NCBI GenBank assembly: GCA_030390025.1
Contig: CM059425.1
Span: 174,904,001 to 174,968,000, forward strand
Length of the DNA: 64,000 nucleotides
From: Squalus acanthias
Lineage: Eukaryota
Direction: 5' to 3'
Shown: positions 38,066 through 50,890 of the stretch, one piece after another
How positions within the stretch are numbered: position 1 is the first letter of the stretch
Layout of the letters: each line of letters opens with the position of its first letter
Notes under the pieces: model-generated
Told to the model about the DNA's origin: nothing
The model's database searches: none
What the model saw: the letters and a program-made list of their open reading frames with translations, nothing else
Translations under genes and position numbers: made by a program

Positions 38066-39917
38066 CTGACTGTAAAAGCTTCTATAGATATGTGAAGAGA
38101 AAAAGATTGGTGAAGTCAAGTGTAGGTCCCTTGCAGTCAGAATCAGGGGAATTTATAATGGGGAACAAAGAAATGGCAGACCAATTAAATACATACTTTG
38201 GTTCTGTCTTCACAAAGGAGGACACAAATAAACTCCCAGAGATGTCGGGGAACATAGGGTCTAATGAGAGGGAGGAACTGAATGAAATCAGTATTTGTAG
38301 TGAAATGGTGTTAGGGAAATTGAAGGCCGATAAATCCCCAGGGCCTGATAATCTACATCCTAGGGTACTTAAGGAAGTGGCCCTAGAAATAGTAGATGCA
38401 TTGCTGGTCATCTTCCAAAATTCTATAGACTCGAACAGTTCCCATGGATTGGAGGGTCGCTAATGTAACCCCACTATTTAAAAAAGGTGGTAGAGAGAAA
38501 ACGAGGAATTATAGACCGGTAAGCCTGACATCGGTAGTGGGGAAAATGCTAGAGTCCATTATAAAAGATGTAATACCAGAGCACTTGGAAAACAGTGACT
38601 GGATCGGACAAAGTCAACATGGATTTACAAAAGGTAAATCATGCTTGACTATTCACTGGAATTTTTTGAGGATGTAACTGGTAGAATAGATAAGGGAGAA
38701 CCAGTGGATGTGGTGTATTTGGACTTTCAGAAGGCTTTCGATAAGGTCCCGCATAAGAGATTAGCGTGCAAAGTTAAAGCACATGGGATTGGGCGTAAGG
38801 TACTGACTTGGATAGAAAACTGGTTGGCAGACAGGAAGCAAAGAGTTGGAATAAACGGGTCTTTTTCCGAGTGGCAGGCAGTGACTAGTGGGGTACCGCA
38901 GGGATCGGTGCTAGGACCCCAGTTATTCACAATATATATTAATGATCTAGACGAGGGAACTAGATGTAATATCTCCAAGTTTGCAGACGAGACAAAGCTG
39001 GGTGGGCGTGTGTGCTGTGAAGAGGATGCAGAGAAACTCCAGTATGATTTGGACAGGTTGGGTGGTTGGGCAGATGCATGGCAGATGCAGTATAATGTGG
39101 ATAAATGCGAGGTTATCCACTTTGGTGGCAAAAACAGGAAGGCAGATTATTATCTGAACGGCAATAGATTGGGAAAAGGGGAAGTGCAACGAGACCTGGG
39201 TGTCCTTGTGCACCAGTCGCTGAAGGTAAGCATGCAGGTGCAGCAGGCGGTTAAGAAGGCGAATGGTATGTTGGCCTTCATAGCGAGAGGATTCGAGTAC
39301 AGGAGCAAGGATGTCTTGCTGCAGTTGTACAGGGCCTTGGCGAGACCACACCTTGAGTATTGTGTGCAGTTTTGGTCGTCTTATCTGAGGAAGGATGTTC
39401 TTGCCATGGAGGGAGTGCAGCGAAGATTCACCAGACTGATACCTGGGATGGCAGGAATGACGTATGAAGAGAGATTGGGAAGATTAGGCTTATATTCGCT
39501 AGAGTTTAGAAGAATGAGAGGGGATCTCATTGCAACTTATAAAATTCTAACAGGACTAGACAGACTAGATGCAGGAAGGCTGTTCCCGATGGCGGGGGAG
39601 TCCAGAACCAGGGATCACAGTTTAAGGATAAGGGGTAAGCCATTTAGGACTGAGATGAGGAGGAATTTCTTCACCCAGAGAGTGGTGAACCTGTGGAATT
39701 CTCTACCACACAAGGCAGTTGAGGCCAATTCATTAAATATATTCAAGAAGGAGTTAGATATATTTCTTAAGGCTAAAGGGATCAAGGGATATGGGGAGAA
39801 AGCAGGGACAGGGTACTGAATTTGGATGATCAGCCATGATCGCATTGAATGGCGGAGCAGGCTCGAGGGGCCGAATGGCCTACTCCTGCTCCTATCTTCT
39901 ATGTTTCTATGTCTATG
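38066..39917 (+). mobile_element. 5'-truncated CR1 LINE
   Basis: ORFs 38092-39819 with RT motifs (YLDFQKAFDKVPH, SGVPQGSVLGP, FADETK); tail tctatgtttctatg. Confidence 0.95.
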
Positions 39918-40764
39918 TAACTGAGCCACGGCTGACATGATAAAAGGAAAAGAGTGAAGTGCTGAAAGGAGGAGAAGGTGCCAGAAGAGATGGGGTGGGG
40001 GGAAGCCAATGTGTGACTTGATAAGAGCCACACTGCCACCACAGCAGTTTGGCAAGGTAAGTGGTAGCATGTATCGCTTCGGTAAGGGGCCGTGTATCAC
40101 CCACCTTGAGCCACTTTTCAGTCAAAGTAAGGATGTCAATAAGATCACAAGATCCTCCATCTCTTGCCATCCCTCCAGACTAAGTCCACATTCATTCCAT
40201 GGGGAGAACAAGACTACTCTGCACATGAATATTTGTGTTTGACACAACTCAGTGCCGCCACTTCTTTAATCCACAAAATATGCATACTTGAGTGGTGGAA
40301 CAAGATTTTCCTCCTTTGACCCCCAGATTATCCGACCAAGACTAGCAGCCGGACTTTCTGGGAAAGCCCGACAATGAATCCCAAACTATGATTCAAAATC
40401 AGGTCTCCTGCAGTAGCTGAGGTTAAAATGTTGGCATTGCATCTATTGGACTATCCCAAAGGAGAAAATGTTTAATATTTGTGCATGAATATTGTTTTTC
40501 AAAATAAGAAAAGAAACTTTTATGTGAAGTTTTTGATCATATTTTGAAAGTGTTTGAGAAAATGCACATCTTTTGAAATGGATATTTTTGTTGAGGTTTA
40601 ATTCATTGGTTTGAATTTACACAAAACTAATTTCAAATCAAAATTTTTAGTAGTTCAATAGAAAGACCGAAAGAGTACTGTATTGTAAGGGATAAAGCTG
40701 GTATTATACATAACTTTCGGCTGTTAGCTTGCAGTCAAAAGAATTACACCTGAATAATTACAAT

Positions 40765-41290
40765 AATTTGCATTTATATAATGCATTTAACATAGTAAAA
40801 CATCCCAAGACGCTTCACAGGAGCATTATCAAACAAAATTTGACAACGAGCCATTTGCGATATTTGGAAAGCTGACCAAAACCTTGGTCAAAGAGGTAGG
40901 TTTTAAGGAGCGTCTTAAAGGAGGAGATAGAGATAGAGAGGCAAAGAGGTTTCGGGAGGGAATTCCAGAGCTTAGGGCCCAGGCAGCTGAAGGCACGGCT
41001 GTCAATGGTGAAACGATTAAAATCGGGGATGCGCAAGAGGCCAGAATTGGGAGAGCACTGTATGGCTGGAGGATGATGAGAATTTTAAAATCAAGGCATT
41101 ACTGGACTGGGAGCTTAATGTAGGTCAGCAAGTACAGGGGTGATGATTGAACGATTCTTGGTGTGAGCTAGGATACTGGCAGCAGAGTTTTGAATGAGCT
41201 CAAGTTTACGGAGGGTGCAAGGTGAGAGGCCGGCCAGGAGAGCATTGGAATAGTCAAGTCCAGAGCTAACAAATGCATGGATGAGATTAA
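40765..41290 (-). mobile_element. L2 3' fragment
   Basis: Same tail and RAFSCLGPKLWNSLP...FKTLLKTYLFDQ peptide as the 14767 element. Confidence 0.85.
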
Positions 41291-42699
41291 CAAATTACAG
41301 CTGTAAGATACAGAGAAACTATTTCCTCAAGTGGGGCAATCAAGAACGAAGAGACATAAATTTAAAATTAGAGCTTGGCTATTCAGGATCGAAATTAGGA
41401 GGCACTTTTTCCACACAGAGTAGTTGGAATCTGGAGTTAGCCCTCTCAAAAGGCTGTGGCTGTTAAGGCAGTTGGAGCTTTCAAGACTGAAATCGATAGA
41501 TTTTTGTTAGGTAGGCTATCTGAGCATATGGAGCAAAGGCAGGTAAATGGAGTTGAGGTACAGATCAGTCTTTAAAGTAAAATGTACCTGTTAGTGTGGA
41601 TTTAAAAGAAATAACTGTTAATATACGATTAAACTGAGAGGAGGCGTTGAAAATCATGAGGGGTCTTGACAGAGTAGATAGAGATAAACTGTTCCCATTG
41701 GCGAAAGGGTCGAGAACCAGACTTTGCTTTTTAAATAGCTTTATCTTGAATCTGGGTTTAAACACCATTCTTCTATTCTTTGCACCTAACAGGGTGAATT
41801 CAATTATGATAGTTTAACAAATACTTGAGTGAAAAGAGTTTTGGCCCTCTTAAACTGGCTCACACTTGTGCATGCATCCACAACACCAACTATTCTTAAA
41901 TTATTTCCAACTACAGTAATACCAAATTTAACAGATTTACACAATGAGTCCTCAAAATAGATTGTGGGAAGTACAAGTATCACAGTGGTGCAGCATTTAG
42001 TGTCTTGATGAGGTTTAAAATTGAGGTGAGTTCTGTTCCAGATCACACGATGATGCTTAATTTTGAACACAGTGTAGGAAAAACACTTAGTTGCCCAGTA
42101 CCGTCATTGGTCGCTCAGCACACAAATAAATGTTATAGCCAGTAGTTCTGATGAAACCATAGAAGTTTACAGCATAGAAGGAGGCATTCAGACCATTGTG
42201 CCTATACCAGCTCTTTACTAGAGCGATCCAAAACTAATCCCACTGCCCTCCTTTTTTTGCCATAGCCTTGTGTCTTCCTTGCTTCAAATATTTATTCAGT
42301 TTTCTCTTAAAAGCTGAAACGGTAACTGCCTCAACCGCTGCATGTGGGAAAGCATTCCATGCTCCAACAACCTTCTAGGTAAAAAATCTCTCCCGACCTG
42401 CCCACTCACTCTCTTTGTGACAATTTTAAGTTGATGATTCCTCATCAATGACTTCTGAAATAGCTTTGCCTTATTAACTCTATCAAAACCCTTCATAATT
42501 TTCAAAACCTCTATTAAATCTCTTCTTGACCTTCTCTGCTCCGGTGGAAATAGTCCCAGAACCTCGGGTCTCTCCTCATGACTATTGTTTCCCTTCCCCA
42601 GCAACATCCTGGTGAATTTATGCTGTCTATGACTTTTAATGTCTTTTCTATATTGGAAGACACAAACTACACAGTGACTGTGAAAGACTCAATGTTTTG

Positions 42700-44886
42700 T
42701 TTCATACAGAAACAGTGGAGGTCCGAAGAGACTTGGGGTCCACATACATAGATCATTAAAATGTCGTGGACAGGTACAGAAAATAATCGAAAAGGCTAAC
42801 GGAATTTTGGACTTAATATCTAGAGGACTAGAATACAAGGGGGTAGGAGTTAAGGTCCAGCTATACAAAGCCCTAGTTAGACACACCTGGGGTACTGTGT
42901 TCAGTTCTGGGCACCACACCTTAGGAAGGATATATTGACCTTGGGTGGGGGGGGGTGGTTGCAGCATAGATTTACCAGAACGATACCTGGACTCCAAGGG
43001 TTATATTACAAGGAGACATTACACAAGCTAGGAATAAAAACAGAAAATGCTGGAAATACTCAGGTGCGACAGCATCTGTGGAGAGAGAAACAGTCCATAG
43101 ATGCTGTCTGACCTGCTGAGTGTTTCCAGCATTTTCTGTTTTTATTTCAGATTTACAGCATCTGCAGTTTTTTTGCTTTTGTACATAAACTAGGGTTGTA
43201 TTCTCTGGAATTTGGAAGGTTAAGGGGTCATTTTATTGAAGTTTTCAAGATATTATGGGAAACTGATAGAGTAGATAGAGAGAAACTATTTCAACTGGTG
43301 ACATAGCCTAAAAATTAGAGCCAGATCTTTCAGGAGTGAAGTTAGGAAACACTTCTACACGCAACAGATGGTGGAAGTTTAGAATTCTCTTCCGCAAAAG
43401 GCAGTTGATGCTAGGTCAATTGTTAATTTTAAATCTGAGATTGATAGATTTTTGTTAACCAAAGGTATTAAGCGATATGGGGCAAAGGCGGGTTCAGCCT
43501 CAACTGGAGTATTGTGTCCAATTCTGGACGCTGCACTTTAGGAAGGATATGAAGGCCTTAAAGAGGGTGCAGAAAAGATTTACAAGAATGATTCCAGGGA
43601 TGAGCGACTTCAGTTACGTGGATCGATTAGAGAAGCTGGGGTTGTTCTCCTTAGAGCAGAGAAGGGTGAGAGGAGATTTGATGGAGGTGCTCAAAATCAT
43701 GAGGGGTCTAGACAGAGTAGATAGAGAGAAACTCGGATGATGAAGCAGTCCATGCCCACATGCAATAAGACCTAGACGACGTTCAGGCTTGGGCTGATAA
43801 GTGGCAGGTAACATTCGCGCCACAGAAGTGCCAGGCAATGACTATCTCCAACAAGCGAGAGTCTAACCACCGCCCCTTGACATTCAGCGGCATTACCATC
43901 GCCAAATCCCCCACCATCAACATCCTGGGGGGTCACCATTGACCAGAAACTTAACTGGACCAGCCACATAAATACTCTGGCAACAAGAGCAGGTCAGAGG
44001 CTGGGTATTCTGTGGCGAGTGTCTCACCTCCTGACTCCCCAAAGCCTTTCCACCATCTACAAGGCACAAGTCAGGAGTGTGATGAAATACTCTCCACTTG
44101 CCTGGATGAGTGCAGCTCCAACAACACTCAAGAAGCTCGACACCATCCAGGACAAAGCAGCCTGCTTGATTGGCACCCCATCCACCACCTTAAACATTCA
44201 CTCCCTCCACCGCCGGCGAACCGTGGCTGCAGTGTGTACCATCTACAAGATGCACTGCAGCAACTCGCCAAGACTTCTTCGGCAGTACCTCCCAAACCCG
44301 CGGCCTCTTCCACCTAGAAGGACAAGGGCAGCAGGCACATGGTAACGCCACCACCTCCAAGTTCCCCTCCAAGTCACACACCATCCTGACTTGGAAGTAT
44401 ATCGCCAAACCTTCATCGTCGCTGGGTCAAAATCCTGGAACTCCCTCCCGAACAGCACTGTGGGAGTACCTTCACCACATGGACTGCAGCGGTTCAAGGC
44501 GGCGGCTCACCACCGCCTTCTCGAGGGCAATTAGGGATGGGCAATTAATGCTGGTCTTGCCTGCAACGCCCAAATCCCATAAACAAATTTAAAAAAAACT
44601 GTTCCCATTGACGGAAGGGTCGAGAACTGGAGGGCACAGATTTAAGGTGATTGGCAAAAGAACCAAAGGCGACATGAGGGAAAACTTTTTTATGGAACGA
44701 GTGGTTAGGATCTGGAATGCACTGCCTGAGAGGTGATGGAGGCAGATTCAATTGCGGCTTTCAAAAGGGAATTGGATAAGTACCTGAAGGAAAAAAATTT
44801 GCAGGGCTATGGGGAAAGGGCGGAGGAGTGGGACTAGCTGAATTGCTCTTGCAGAGAGCCGGCATGAGCTCGACGGGCCGAATGGT
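42700..44886 (+). mobile_element. Stack of CR1 3' fragments with a nested second-family LINE (43734-44598) and a nested fold-back Penelope-type tail (about 43033-43181)
   Basis: CR1 breaks at gagagaaact and resumes at aaactgttcccattg; nested peptide LSTIYKAQVRSVMKYSPLAW...LDTIQDKAACLIG. Confidence 0.85.
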
Positions 44887-46940
44887 CAGTGTAATAGGCC
44901 GAGGACGGTGAGGTCAGAGTGGGAGTGAAGCGGTGAATTAAAGTGACAGGCCACCAGGAGCTCGGGGTCCCCCTTACGGACTGAACGGAGGTGTTCCGCA
45001 AAGCGGTCACCCAATCTGCGTTTGGTCTCCCCAATGTAGAGGAGTCCACATCGTGAGCAGCGAATACAGTATACTAAATTGCAGGAAGTACAAGTAAATC
45101 GCTGTTTCACCTGGAAGGGGTGTTTGGGGCCCTGGACAGTGGGAAGAGGGGAGGTATAAGGGCATGTGTTGCATCTCCTGCGCGTGCACGGGAAGGTGCC
45201 GGGGCGAAGGGGAAGGGGTGCTGGGGGTGGTAGAGGAGTGGACTAGGGTGTCGCGGAGGGAGCGGTCCCTACGGAATGCTGAAAGGGGAGGTGAGGGGAA
45301 GATGTGTTTGGTGGTGGGATCACGCTGGAGGTGGCGGAAATGGCAGAGGATGATCCGTTGAATGTGGAGGCTGGTGGGGTGAAAGGTGCCTGCCTTTTCG
45401 TGGGATATGTGGAACACTCTTTGTTCCAGTCCTACTCGGGTCCCCTCCCTCACCTCTTTTTCCGGTACATTGATGACTGTATCGGTGCCGTCTCCTGCTC
45501 TCGCCCTGAACTAGAACATTTCATTCACTATGCTTCCAATTTCCACTCTTCCCTCACCTTCACATGGTCCATCTCCGACTCTTCCCTTCCCTTCCTCGAC
45601 TTCTCCATCTCCATCTCTGGGGATAGGTTATTGACTAACATTCACTACAAGCCCACCGACTCCCACAGCTACCTGGACTACACTTCCTCCCACCCCGCCT
45701 CCTGTAAGGACTCTATTCCATTCTCCCAGTTTCTCCGTCTCCGCCGCATCTGCTCTGATGATGCCACCTTCCATACCAGTGCTTCCGACATGTCTTCCTT
45801 TTTCCTCAACCGAGGATTCCCCTCTACCGTGGTCGACACGGCCCCGACCGTGTCCGTTCTATCTCCCGCACATCTGCCCTCACCCCTGCCTCTCCCTCCC
45901 GGAACCACGATAGGGTTCCCCTTGTCCTCACCTTTCACCCACACCAGCCTCCACATTCAACGGATCATCCTCTGCCATTTCCGCCACCTCCAGCGTGATC
46001 CCACCACCAAACACATCTTCCCCTCACCTCCCCTTTCAGCATTCCGTAGGGACCGCTCCCTCCGCGACACCCTAGTCCACTCCTCTACCACCCCCAGCAC
46101 CCCTTCCCCTTCGCCCGGCACCTTCCCGTGCACGCGCAGGAGATGCAACACATGCCCTTATACCTCCCCTCTTCCCACTGTCCAGGGCCCCAAACACCCC
46201 TTCCAGGTGAAACAGCGATTTACTTGTACTTCCTGCAATTTAGTATACTGTATTCGCTGCTCACGATGTGGACTCCTCTACATTGGGGAGACCAAACGCA
46301 GATTGGGTGACCGCTTTGCGGAACACCTCCGTTCAGTCCGTAAGGGGGACCCCGAGCTCCCGGTGGCCTGTCACTTTAATTCACCGCTTCACTCCCACTC
46401 TGACCTCACCGTCCTCGGCCTATTACACTGTTCCACGGAAGCTCAGCGTAAGCTCGAGGAACAGCACCTCATCTTTCGTTTAGGCACGCTACAGCCCTCT
46501 GGACTCAATATTGAGTTCAACAATTTTAGATCATAACCTCAGCTCCAATCACATTTATATTTTATTTTATCCACCCTTTTATTTGTCCCCCCCCCCACCT
46601 TTTTTTTTTCCTCCTAGAAGCTGGCAGCTGTCCGTCATCTGCCAGTGGATTTCGCACTTCATTCAGCCTTAATCTGTCACATTAACACCACCTCTAGCCT
46701 TGCATATCTCTTAATGTCTCTTCATCTCCCCCTTTGTTCCTTTATCCCCTCCCCCTTTTCCCAGCTTTACCTTGGCCTTAAATCTATTTGATTTCCGGCT
46801 CTTCCCAGTTCTGATGAAAGGTCATCGACCTGAAACGGTTAACTCTCTTTCTCTCTCCACGGATGCTGCCTGGCCTGCTGAGTTTTTCCAGCGTTATCTG
46901 TTGTTATTTCGGATTTCCAGCATCCGCAGTATTTTGCTAT
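44887..46940 (+). mobile_element. Penelope-like retroelement (RT C-terminus + GIY-YIG endonuclease), 5'-truncated with an inverted 5' segment
   Basis: FFRYIDDCIG, LPFLD, HYKPTDSH.YLDY.SSHP; NLVYCIRCSRCGLLYIGET.RRL..RF.EH and P.GLN; 44887-45388 is an inverted copy of 45929-46430. Confidence 0.95.
46807..46844 (+). ncRNA. Minimal hammerhead motif in the Penelope 3' UTR
   Basis: agtt-CTGATGA-a-aggtc(atc)gacct-GAAAC-g-GTT-aact. Confidence 0.75.
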
Positions 46941-48165
46941 CGTAATTGTATATCGAAGCCTGGAGCACCTGCCAGCTTGTAGTTAATTATATTAAAATTC
47001 AAGATAATGATCAAAGGGCTCAAATTCGAATTCATTGCTGCACTGGCTGTTTCAATGCTCTGCTTTTATTGAATCAGCTTTGTCAGTACTGGACTAGATC
47101 AGAAGATGGAATATTTATAATGTTGGTTTATTCTCAATGGACGGACTATATCACAGAGGTCTTACACTGAGCAGGTGGACCTCATGTTAGCCAATTATGA
47201 AGCAGCATTGATGAAAACTATGAAGAAGTTTAAAGTATAAGGCATTGCCAGCCTCTTGGTTGAAGGCATTATGAGAAGAAAGCTAAAAAGCTGGAATACA
47301 AACACTGGTGGAGTAGATTTTACAGTCAGCTACACCCAATTAATAAGCGTAACTGATCAGAAAGAAAAATGGTGGAGGACTTCCACAGATTTCAACTCAT
47401 TTGCCATCTCATCCTGTTTTGCAGTCTAGTTTTGTACTGGCAGAGAAGCACTTTCCAGTTTGTAATTAATAATAGTAAAATTAGCCCACTGATGTCATTT
47501 CCATGTCTTTGCAACTTTCTGACATTTTCACTAGTATAGCACCCACCCATAGAAAATGGCATTCCAGGGCTGCTGTGGTATATTATCTACAGAAGTACAT
47601 TTTTAAAAACCCTATAGCAATATCTGTAGCTGAATTTTGAGGCTTTTCTTGAACTTTTTTTTCTGTTTCCACTTAGTTAATCAGGAAGCTATGTGCTAGA
47701 ATGTTCGGGCACTACATTTTTGGGGTATATCCCAAGATATTGGGATAGTGGGTCTTCCGATGGGAATCCCCCCTTTACATCTGGTTTTGGAAGATTAAGA
47801 GGAGCAATGGAGGGATGCCAGGCAGGGCAAATTGCACCCAGCTGCCAAAACCCTCCCACCCATATTCACAGGCAGAGAGGCACCTATTGGTAATGATCTT
47901 CCAGAACTGCTTACAGACACTCCAGGTCAGCAGAGAACCAAATGCCTTCTGCTGCAAGGACACCTATGGATAATGTACATCTTGAGGCTGGCATTGCCAG
48001 TGGTGGTAATGGTCATCTGCACACTCAGGTGCTTTTCTGAGCTCACCCATGTGATATGGGTGGCAATAATCCACTTTCTCATTGGAGGCTCAGTTAGAAA
48101 ATTACTCCCAACTCGTCATTTTCGGAAAAATGCTGATCATGTTCCTGAAAAGCAAGGAATGATAT

Positions 48166-49132
48166 AACATAGAAACATAGAAGACAGGAGCAGGAGTAGG
48201 CCATTCGGCCCCTCGAGCCTGTTCCGCCATTTAATGAGATCATGGCTGATCATCCAAATTCAGTACCCTGTCCCTGCTTTCTCCTCATATCCCTTGATCC
48301 CCTTAGCCTTAAGAAATGTATCTAACTCCTTCTTGAATATATTTAATGAATTGGCCTCAACTGCCTTGTGTGGTAGAGAATTCCACAGCTTCACCACTCT
48401 CTGAGTGAAGAAATTCCTCCTCATCTCAGTCCTAAATGGCTTACCCCTTATCCTTAGACTGTGACCCCTGGTTCTGGACTCCCCCGCCATCGGGAACAGC
48501 CTTCCTGCATCTAGTCTGTCTAGTCCTGTTAGAATTTTATAAGTTGCAATGAGATCCCCTCTCATTCTTCTAAACTCTAGCGAATATAAGCCTAATCGAC
48601 CCAATCTCTCCTCATACGTCATTCCTGCCATCCCAGGTATCAGTCTGGTGAATCTTCGCTGCACACTCTCCATGGCAAGAACATCCTTCCTCATATAAGG
48701 TGACCAAAACTGCACACAATACTCAAGGTGTGGTCTCACCAAGGCCCTGTACAATTGCAGCAAGACATCCTTGCTCCTGTACTCAAATCCTCTCGCTATG
48801 AAGGCCAACATACCATTTGCCTTCTTAACCGCCTGCTGCACCTGCATGCTTACCTTCAGCGACTGGTGCACAAGGACACCCAGGTCTCGTTGCACTTCCC
48901 CTTTTCCCAATCTATTGCTGTTCAGATAATCTGTCTTCCTGTTTTTGCCACCGAAGTGGATAACCTCGCATTTATCCACATTGGGCAGATGCATGGCAAA
49001 TGCAGTATAATCACCCAACCTGTCCAAATCATACTGGAGTTTCTCTGCATCCTCCTCACAGCACACGCGCTCACCCAGCTTTGTGTCATCTTCAAACTTG
49101 GAGATATTACATCTGGTTCCCTCGTCTAGATC

Positions 49133-49173
<41 letters not shown>

Positions 49174-50712
49174 GAATAGCTGGGGTCCAAGCACCGATCC
49201 CTGCGGTACCCCACTAGTCATTGCCTGCCACTCGGAAAAAGACCCGTTTATTCCAACTCTTTGCTTCCTGTCTGCCAACCAGTTCTCTAGCCAAGACAGT
49301 ACCTTACCCCCAATCTCATATGCTTTAACTTTGCACGCTAATCTCTTATGCGGGACCTTATCGAAAGCCTTCTGAAAGTCCAAATACACCACATCCACTG
49401 GTTCTTCCTTATCTATTCTACCAGTTACATCCTCAAAACATTCCAGTAGATTAGTCAAGCATGATTTACCTTTTGTAAATCCATGTTGACTTTGTCCGAT
49501 CCTGTCACTGTTTTCCAAGTGCTCTGCTATTACATCTTTTATAATGGACTCTAGCATTTTGCCCACTACCGATGTCAGACTTACCGGTCTATAATTCCCC
49601 GTTTTCTTTCTACCACCTTTTTTAAATAGTGGGGTTGAATTAGCTATCCTCCAATCCATGGGAACTGTTCCAGAGTCTATAGAATTTTGGAAGATGACCA
49701 GCAATGCATCTACTATTTCTAGGGCCACTTCCTTAAGTACCCGAGGATGTAGATTATCAGGCCCTGGGGATTTATCGGCCTTCAATCCCATCAATTTCCC
49801 TAACACCATTTCCCTACAAATACTGATTTCATTCAGTTCCTCCCTCTCATTAGACCCTATGTTCCCCGACATCTCTGGGAGGTTACTTGTGTCCTCCTTT
49901 GTGAAGACAGAACCAAAGTATGTATTTAATTGGTCTGCCATTTCTTTGTTCCCCATTATAAATTCCCCTGATTCTGACTGCAAGGGACCTACGCTTGACT
50001 TCACCAATCTTTTTCTCTTCACATATCTATAGAAGCTTTTACAGTCAGTTTTTATGTTCCCTGCAAGCTTACTCTCATAATCTATTTTCCCCCTCTTAAT
50101 TAATCCCTTTGTCCTGCTTTGCTGAATCCTAAACTGCTCCCAATCCTCAGGTTTGCTGCTTTTTCTGGCCAAATTTTATGTCCTCTCCTTGGATCTTATG
50201 CTATCCCTAATTTCCCTTGTTAGCCACGGTTGAGTCACCTTTTTTGTTTTATTTTTATGCCAAACAGGGATGAACAAATTCTGTAGTTCATCCATGCGAT
50301 CTTTAAATGTTTGCCATTGCCTATCCACCGTCAACCCTTTAAGTAACATTCCCCAATCCATCCTAGCTAACTCGTGCCTCATACCATCGTAGTTTCCTTT
50401 ATTTAAATTCAGGACCCTAGTCTCTGAGTCAACTACTTCACTCTCCATTTTAATGAAGAATTCTATCATATTATGATCGCTCCTCCCCAAGGGGCCTCGC
50501 ACAACAAGATTGCTAATTAATCCTTTCTCATTACATAATACCCAGTCTAAGATGGCCTGATCTCTAGTTGGTTCCTCGACATATTGGTCCAGGAAACCAT
50601 CCCGTATACACTCTAGGAATTTCTCCTCCACAGTATTGTTACTAATTTGGTTAGCCCAATCTATATGTAGATTAAAGTCACCCATGATAACTGTTGTACC
50701 CTTATTACACTG
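48166..50712 (-). mobile_element. 5'-truncated CR1 LINE, same subfamily as 38066-39917
   Basis: ORFs 50176-50739, 49135-50172 and 48260-49066; peptides near-identical to the + copy. Confidence 0.95.
49136..49170. repeat. (TA)n microsatellite inside the CR1 RT
   Basis: About 17 TA units where the sister copy has aatatatatt (38931-38940). Confidence 0.95.
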
Positions 50713-50791
50713 GAAAATTTCATAGCATTTCAAAAACATTACTTTTTATTTAAGAAGCTTAATACTTCAAATCCTATCTGATGTCTTTTAG

Positions 50792-50890
50792 GGTTCAGGA
50801 TCACGGGTTGAACAAAATGCTGCTAGTGTGATGAGCTGCAGTAGTTCCTACTCAGTTCCTCGAAGACTGACAAGTCACCTGGGTACCAAG
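50792..50890 (+). CDS. APC: APC coding exon (99 bp; possible 24-nt 3' extension to 50914)
   Basis: cttttag| acceptor, AAG|gtaacc donor; GSGSRVEQNAASVMSCSSSYSVPRRLTSHLGTK. Confidence 0.95.

Noticed and set aside
42143..42160. Additional hammerhead (agttctgatgaaac)
   Set aside because: Only the first core box; no stem II or downstream stem I partner, and it runs into a CR1-type tail
45304..46536. Intact 410-aa gene
   Set aside because: Start lies in the inverted arm; only the RT C-terminus and GIY-YIG of a truncated Penelope element are present
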